Below, one piece after another: positions 59,011 through 64,000 of a DNA stretch of 64,000 nucleotides (positions are counted from its first letter, which is position 1; every line of letters starts with the position of its first letter). Below the pieces are notes generated by a model. That model made no database searches, was not told the DNA's origin, and worked only from the letters and a program-made list of their open reading frames with translations. The translations under genes were made by a program, and so were the position numbers. Origin of the DNA: an uncultured Trueperaceae bacterium (GTDB taxonomy: Bacteria > Deinococcota > Deinococci > Deinococcales > Trueperaceae); NCBI GenBank assembly GCA_963799485.1, contig CAWCXJ010000005.1, positions 160,001-224,000 on the forward strand. The letters run 5' to 3'.

Positions 59011-60117
59011 ATGGCCAAAGTTAAGCTCACAACCCTGTTGACGCTTGTACTTTTCTACATAGCACCTAGCCTGGCGGCGGCGCAGACCGCCCCTGAAACG
59101 TCCCCGCAAACATCATGGACGTGCCCGGAAGGGTTTTCAGGACAAACGCTCAACGTCTACAACTGGACGACTTATATCGCCGAAGACACCATCGCCAACT
59201 TCGAGGCTTTGTGCGGCGTCCAAGTGACCTATGACACCTACCCGAGCGCCGAGGATATGCTCTCGCGTATTCGTCAGGGAAACCCCGGTTACGATATCGT
59301 GGTTCCAAGCGACGTCGTAACCTATCCGATGATTGCCGAAGGGTTGCTGGAGCCCCTCGACAAAGCCAAGATTCCCAACTTTGCCAATCTCAACGAGACG
59401 CTTTTAGATTTACCCTTCGACCCCGGCAACCAGTACACCGTGCCGTATCAGTGGGGGACGGTCGGCATTGGCTACAACCAAACCAATGTCGGCGCTGAAG
59501 TGACGGGTTGGAGCGACCTGTTCTCTTACGGCGGGCCGGTGGCGTGGCTCGAGGACGTTCGCGGCATGATGGGTACCGCCTTGGTGATGCTCGGCTTGGA
59601 TCCTAATACCCGCGACCCCGAAGAGATCGCCCAGGCCCGTGATTACCTTATCGAAAACGGTAACAACGTCGTTTATATCGCACAAGACGACGGACAAGAG
59701 GTGCTGCTGCGCGGCGAGGCCGATATGGTCATCGAGTATTCCGGCGACATCTTTCAGATTATGGACGAGTGCGGCTGTGACGACTACGCCTATGTGATTC
59801 CCGAGGAGGGCGCGTACTTTTGGGTCGATAACGTAGCGGTTCCGGTCGGCGCGCCCAACAAGGCGCTCGCCGAGGTCTTTATCGACTATTTGCTCGACCC
59901 GGCTGTCGGCGCGGATATCTCGAACTACACCGCGTACGGCTCGCCGAACCAGGCCGCCATCGACCAGGGGCTTATCGACCAGGCGCTGTTGGACGACCCC
60001 GCTATCTATCCGCCTGCAGCGGTCGAAGAACGCCTCTACTCGATTGTCAACGACCCCGAGATGGAGCAGCTCTATAACGACGCCTGGGACGAAGTGAAGA
60101 TTTACGTCGGCGGCTAA
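59011..60117 (+). CDS. Polyamine ABC substrate-binding protein (PotD/PotF family)
   Basis: LNVYNWTTYI, YDIVVPS, PYQWGTVGIGYN and PEEGAYFWVD motifs. Confidence 0.92.
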   Translation: MAKVKLTTLLTLVLFYIAPSLAAAQTAPETSPQTSWTCPEGFSGQTLNVYNWTTYIAEDTIANFEALCGVQVTYDTYPSAEDMLSRIRQGNPGYDIVVPSDVVTYPMIAEGLLEPLDKAKIPNFANLNETLLDLPFDPGNQYTVPYQWGTVGIGYNQTNVGAEVTGWSDLFSYGGPVAWLEDVRGMMGTALVMLGLDPNTRDPEEIAQARDYLIENGNNVVYIAQDDGQEVLLRGEADMVIEYSGDIFQIMDECGCDDYAYVIPEEGAYFWVDNVAVPVGAPNKALAEVFIDYLLDPAVGADISNYTAYGSPNQAAIDQGLIDQALLDDPAIYPPAAVEERLYSIVNDPEMEQLYNDAWDEVKIYVGG

Positions 60118-61253
60118 TGATGAGCGTGACGGCGCCTACCCCGGCAGCGACTTCAGTCGCTGCGGTCGAACTAAACGGTGTGAACAAAACCTATCTGGAT
60201 TCACGTAGCGGCAACACCGTTCAGGCACTTAACGACGTGTCGCTGAGCATCCGCGAAGGCGAGTTTTTTGCGCTGCTGGGGCCGTCGGGCTGCGGTAAAA
60301 CCACGACGCTCCGCTCGGTCGCAGGGTTCGAGCAACCCGATGCAGGAAAGATTTTGATTCGCGGACAAGCCGTTCAGGGGATTCCGCCGTTTCACCGGCC
60401 CGTCAATACGGTGTTTCAAGATTACGCGCTGTTTCCGCATATGAGCATCATGCAGAACGTGATGTTCGGGCTTAAGATGGCAAAGGTGCCGCGTAAAGAG
60501 GCGAAACGGCGGGCCTCGGAGGCGCTCGAGCTCGTTCAACTCCCGCACGTCGCGTCGCGTAAACCCTCACAGCTTTCGGGCGGGCAGCGGCAACGCGTCG
60601 CGCTCGCCCGGGCGCTCGTCAACGAACCGGCTGTTTTGCTCCTCGACGAACCGCTCGGGGCGCTCGACCTCAAACTCCGCAAGGCGATGCAGCTCGAGCT
60701 TAAAGAGTTGCAAACAAGGGTCGGTATCACCTTCGTATTCGTGACCCACGACCAGGAAGAAGCCCTGACGATGGCCGACCGGATTGCGGTGATGGACGGC
60801 GGGCGCGTCTTGCAAATCGGCAAGCCCACTGAAATCTACGAACACCCCGCAGACCGCTTTGTTGCCGACTTTATCGGGGAGACGAACTTTCTCGAGGGGA
60901 CGTTTGTAGGACGTGCGGCTGAGCTGGGCGAACTCAAACTCGCCGACGGACGGGTGTTGCGCGCGCCGCTTGACGGGCACGACCTCGAGCCGGGTGAGTC
61001 GGCGACGCTTTCGGTGCGTCCCGAACGAATAATGTTGGTGGCCGGTCATACCGAACCGGAAGCCGAGCGAACCCGGCTTACGGCTAAAGTTGCCGAGGTT
61101 CACTATCTCGGTACCGATACGCGTTATCACCTTATATCCGGCAGCACGTCGCTCATCGTGCGGCAGCAAAACGCCGAGGGTGGCGCGGTCTTTCGGGTCG
61201 GCGACGAGGTTACGGCGTCTTGGCGGACGACGGGCGCGTCGCTCGTCCGCTAA
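60117..61253 (+). CDS. potA: Polyamine ABC ATP-binding protein
   Basis: GPSGCGKTT, RPVNTVFQDYALFPHM, LSGGQRQR, LLLDEPLGALDLKLR and FVADFIG motifs. Confidence 0.92.
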   Translation: MMSVTAPTPAATSVAAVELNGVNKTYLDSRSGNTVQALNDVSLSIREGEFFALLGPSGCGKTTTLRSVAGFEQPDAGKILIRGQAVQGIPPFHRPVNTVFQDYALFPHMSIMQNVMFGLKMAKVPRKEAKRRASEALELVQLPHVASRKPSQLSGGQRQRVALARALVNEPAVLLLDEPLGALDLKLRKAMQLELKELQTRVGITFVFVTHDQEEALTMADRIAVMDGGRVLQIGKPTEIYEHPADRFVADFIGETNFLEGTFVGRAAELGELKLADGRVLRAPLDGHDLEPGESATLSVRPERIMLVAGHTEPEAERTRLTAKVAEVHYLGTDTRYHLISGSTSLIVRQQNAEGGAVFRVGDEVTASWRTTGASLVR

Positions 61254-61262
61254 ACTGGCGTT

Positions 61263-62368
61263 ATGACGCACTCAGTAAAGCAGGCTGGACGCCAAATCCG
61301 GGTTCTTAGCTCTCAGGCGTGCCTTTTGAAATGGGCTACGCCCACGGAGCCGCCTACAAAGACGCCATCCGCCACTTTGCCGAAGAGCGCGTGCGGCTAA
61401 GCGGCGACCCGCTCTGGACAGGCCGGACGCTCGCCCGTCCAGAAGTCTTGGTCCTCGCTGAAGCGTGCTTGGCTGAACACGAACACTTTGCGCCCGAGTT
61501 GGTCGAAGAGCTGCGCGGGATGGCCTCAGCAACCGACTTGCCTCTAGCTGAACTCCTCATCGTCAACGGCTTTACCGACTTTATCGACACGGTGCACAAC
61601 GTCGGCCCTGGTAAAGTCAAGCCCGCCGCTCCGGTCGGCGCGGACAACTGCACCGCGTTTTTGGTGCCGGACAATCTTGCCCAGGGTCGTGGCTTTTTCG
61701 GTCAGACGTGGGACATGCACGACAGCGCGACGCCGCACGTTATCTTATTGCGCGGCAGACCCAAAGACGCGCCTGACTTTCTTTGTTTCACGACGGTCGG
61801 CTGTGTCGGGATGATTGGCCTGAACGAAGCTGGCGTCGCGGTCGGCATCAACAACCTGCTCGGCGCGGACGGTCAAATCGGGGTGACGTGGCCTTTTGTG
61901 GTGCGGAAGATGTTGCAGGCTGAAACCGCTGACGCTGCCCTAAAAATCCTGCAAAACGCGCGGCTTGCCGGAGCGCACAACTACCTCATCATGGACGCTG
62001 CCGGAACCGGCTACAACGTCGAGGCGAGCGCCACCGTGCAGCATGTGACGCCATTAGGGGTTGAAGCCGTCGTTCACACGAATCACTGTCTGATAGACGC
62101 CGTAAAACGCGCTGAACGCACTCGAGACGCCTTTTCACAAGGCTCATCCGAAGCGAGAGCGGCGCAGGCACAGACGTTACTTAGCCGTAAAAATGTAACT
62201 GTAGAAGATTTGCAGGCACTCACCCGCGACAACACCATCTGTGTACGTTCGACCGAACCCAAACACATCGAGACGTGCGGCGCGGCGATTATGCGGCCCG
62301 CGACCGGCGACTTTTGGATGGCGTGGGGCCGTCCGGCGGAAAACCCGTATGAACATTTCCGCCTCTGA
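61263..62368 (+). CDS. C45-family Ntn hydrolase/acyltransferase; apparent 1-nt frameshift near 61308 (alternative in-frame start at 61319)
   Basis: EMGYAHG, EELRGMA, DN-CTAF nucleophile, GQTWD, GLNEAG and HTNH motifs. The ATG-61263 frame (MTHSVKQAGRQIRVL) joins LSGVPFEMG if one base is added. Confidence 0.8.
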
Positions 62369-62999
62369 GCTGATTTTAACGACGCTTGGGGCCGAACACG
62401 CGGCGGGGCTCGAGCAGCTTCAAATCGCCTGCTTCCCAACCCTCGCCCCACATGAACGGATGCGCCAAGAGCACTTCCTGAGCCACGCCGCGCTCTTTCC
62501 TGAAGGCAATTTTGTCGTTCTGGACGGTGACAAGGTTGTCGGGCTCGGATCAGGGTTTTTGACCGACTTTGATTTTACGGCGAAACACACCTTTTGGGAA
62601 TGGATTTCAGAAGGCTTTTACACCCGTCACGACCCGAACGGCGCGTGGTACTACGGCGGCGACATCAGCGTGCACCCGGACTACCGGGGTCTTGGGCTCG
62701 GGCGCAAACTTTACGGCGCCCGTAAAAGCGTCGTTCGGCAGTTGGGACGGCGGGGCATCGTTGCGGGGGGGATGCTGCCGGGGTATGCGGCGCACAAGCC
62801 TATGAGCGTTCAGGATTATGTACAAAAAGTCGTTGACGGTGAGCTGTTTGACCCGACGCTCAGTTTTCAGCTTAAAAACGGCTTTGAGGTGCGGGGGCTG
62901 CTGGAAAACTATCTGGATGATGAAGCTTCAGACGGGTGGGCGACGCTGATTGTTTGGGAGAATCCAGACGCACAAGCATCTGACCAAACGACACGGTAG
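62349..62999 (+). CDS. GNAT-family N-acetyltransferase
   Basis: FPEGNFV, HDPNGAWYYG, VHPDYRGLGLGRKLY, DPTLSFQLKNGF and WENP motifs. Confidence 0.88.
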   Translation: MNISASELILTTLGAEHAAGLEQLQIACFPTLAPHERMRQEHFLSHAALFPEGNFVVLDGDKVVGLGSGFLTDFDFTAKHTFWEWISEGFYTRHDPNGAWYYGGDISVHPDYRGLGLGRKLYGARKSVVRQLGRRGIVAGGMLPGYAAHKPMSVQDYVQKVVDGELFDPTLSFQLKNGFEVRGLLENYLDDEASDGWATLIVWENPDAQASDQTTR

Positions 63000-63026
63000 G
63001 CTGGTTATAAGAGCTCAACGCGAATT

Positions 63027-63273
63027 TTACTCACTGTAGCTTGACAGCTTCTTCTCCAAAATTGAGCTATTTCGTTTCTGCATCTCTTTAACGAAAGCTT
63101 CACACTCACGAATACTGTTATCAACCTCAGCCTGACGGTCAAAGTAATAACTCAAAGCTGCGTAAATGTCTGCTAATGACAAATCGAAAGAGTTCGGGTC
63201 ATGAAGTCGCGTTCAAAATCAGTTAGATAAATGCCCATATTGACGTAGACTCCTTTATAGATAGTGTCATCAT
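63027..63273 (-). pseudogene. DUF433-family antitoxin remnant
   Basis: Translated by hand: ...FDLSLADIYAALSYYFDRQAEVDNSIRECEAFVKEMQKRNSSILEKKLSSYSE*. The putative start MMTLSIKE is disconnected from it. Low GC. Confidence 0.6.
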
Positions 63274-63363
63274 GTTCTATTCAAAGCTCTATAACGCAAC
63301 TCTTTTGCTGTCCCCAACCTTACGCTTTTTCTGCAGCAACAATTTCTACGTTTAAGGCTATCC

Positions 63364-64000
63364 TTACTCCCCCCGCCGCTGCATGACGAGTGACACCCCG
63401 ACGAGCACAATTGACACCAAAATCATCAGCGCCGACACCGCATTGATCTCCGGTGGCACGCGCTGTTTTAGCAGCCCGTAAACAAAGAGCGGCAAGGTTG
63501 TTGTCCCAACGCCCGCCGTAAAAAACGTCACCACGAAGTCGTCTAAAGAGATTGTAAAGGCCAAGAGTGCGCCGCCCAAAATGCCCGGTACGAGCGCTGG
63601 AAAGGTGATGTGCCAGAACGTTTGCAGGTGATTTGCGCCGAGGTCTCGAGCGGCTTCCTCGAGCGTCGTGTCCATCGTCGCGAGCCGCGCCCGCACCACC
63701 ACGGCGACGTAGGCGATATTAAACGCGATATGCGCGATGATGATGGTCGCGAAGCCGCTCACGAGCCTTACCCCGAAGATGTTCTGCACGAGCGCGAAAA
63801 ACGAGTTGAAAAAGACTGCCAGCGCGACGCCCTGCGTGATGTCGGGGATAATCACCGGCAGGTAAAAAAGGGCGTCGAACACCCGTTTTCCGGGAAAGTC
63901 GCCTCTGTCCACGGCGAGTGCGAAAAGCGTCCCGATAACTGTAGACGCAACCGTAGAAATCAACCCGACGACGAGCGAATTACGTACCGCGCTTAAGAGC
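63364..64000 (-). CDS. potC: Polyamine ABC permease (PotC-like), 3' part; start lies beyond the window
   Basis: VRNSLVV, LEEAARDLGA, AFTISLDDFVVTFF, TTLPL and PEINA motifs. Confidence 0.9.
   Translation of the reverse strand, partial: LLSAVRNSLVVGLISTVASTVIGTLFALAVDRGDFPGKRVFDALFYLPVIIPDITQGVALAVFFNSFFALVQNIFGVRLVSGFATIIIAHIAFNIAYVAVVVRARLATMDTTLEEAARDLGANHLQTFWHITFPALVPGILGGALLAFTISLDDFVVTFFTAGVGTTTLPLFVYGLLKQRVPPEINAVSALMILVSIVLVGVSLVMQRRGE

Noticed and set aside
8780..60829. Many long antisense or alternate-frame ORFs in the track (e.g. 8780..9580, 48539..49423, 60567..61271)
   Set aside because: They are shadows of well-supported genes in GC-rich DNA, with no motifs or start signals.

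Overview
Bacterial chromosomal window, about 60% GC. The most likely source is a Deinococcota genome (Truepera-like). This is an inference from the short Thermus/Deinococcus-type Mfd, a Hera-like DEAD-box helicase, an MglB remnant and many leaderless gene starts. Main content: partial mrpA; M32 carboxypeptidase; dynamin-like GTPase; a lipoprotein; an MmeI-family (Type IIL) restriction-modification gene; an iron-siderophore ABC operon with a nitroreductase and a STAS/SEC14-like::flavodoxin fusion; rsmI, mfd and era; an L-rhamnose/lactate operon (DeoR regulator, rhaI, lutABC, aldolase-dehydrogenase fusion); a low-GC TerB-like::CbbX/SpoVK AAA gene; a cytochrome P450; two sugar ABC systems (one decaying); LysR; DUF1338; fadJ/fadI-like genes; a broken xpt; and a polyamine ABC locus with a C45 hydrolase and a GNAT. 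I found no rRNA, tRNA, CRISPR array or intact mobile element. The best unannotated signals are: (1) a standalone 41-aa secreted Met/Gly-repeat peptide gene with its own promoter, palindrome, leader and terminator; (2) paired Rrf2/IscR-like operators on the iron operon; (3) a candidate C-loop sRNA; (4) a 32-bp repeat that creates translationally chained mini-ORFs; (5) strong over-representation of CTCGAG; (6) several toxin-antitoxin remnants. All family calls are from motif recognition by eye; no database searches were run.
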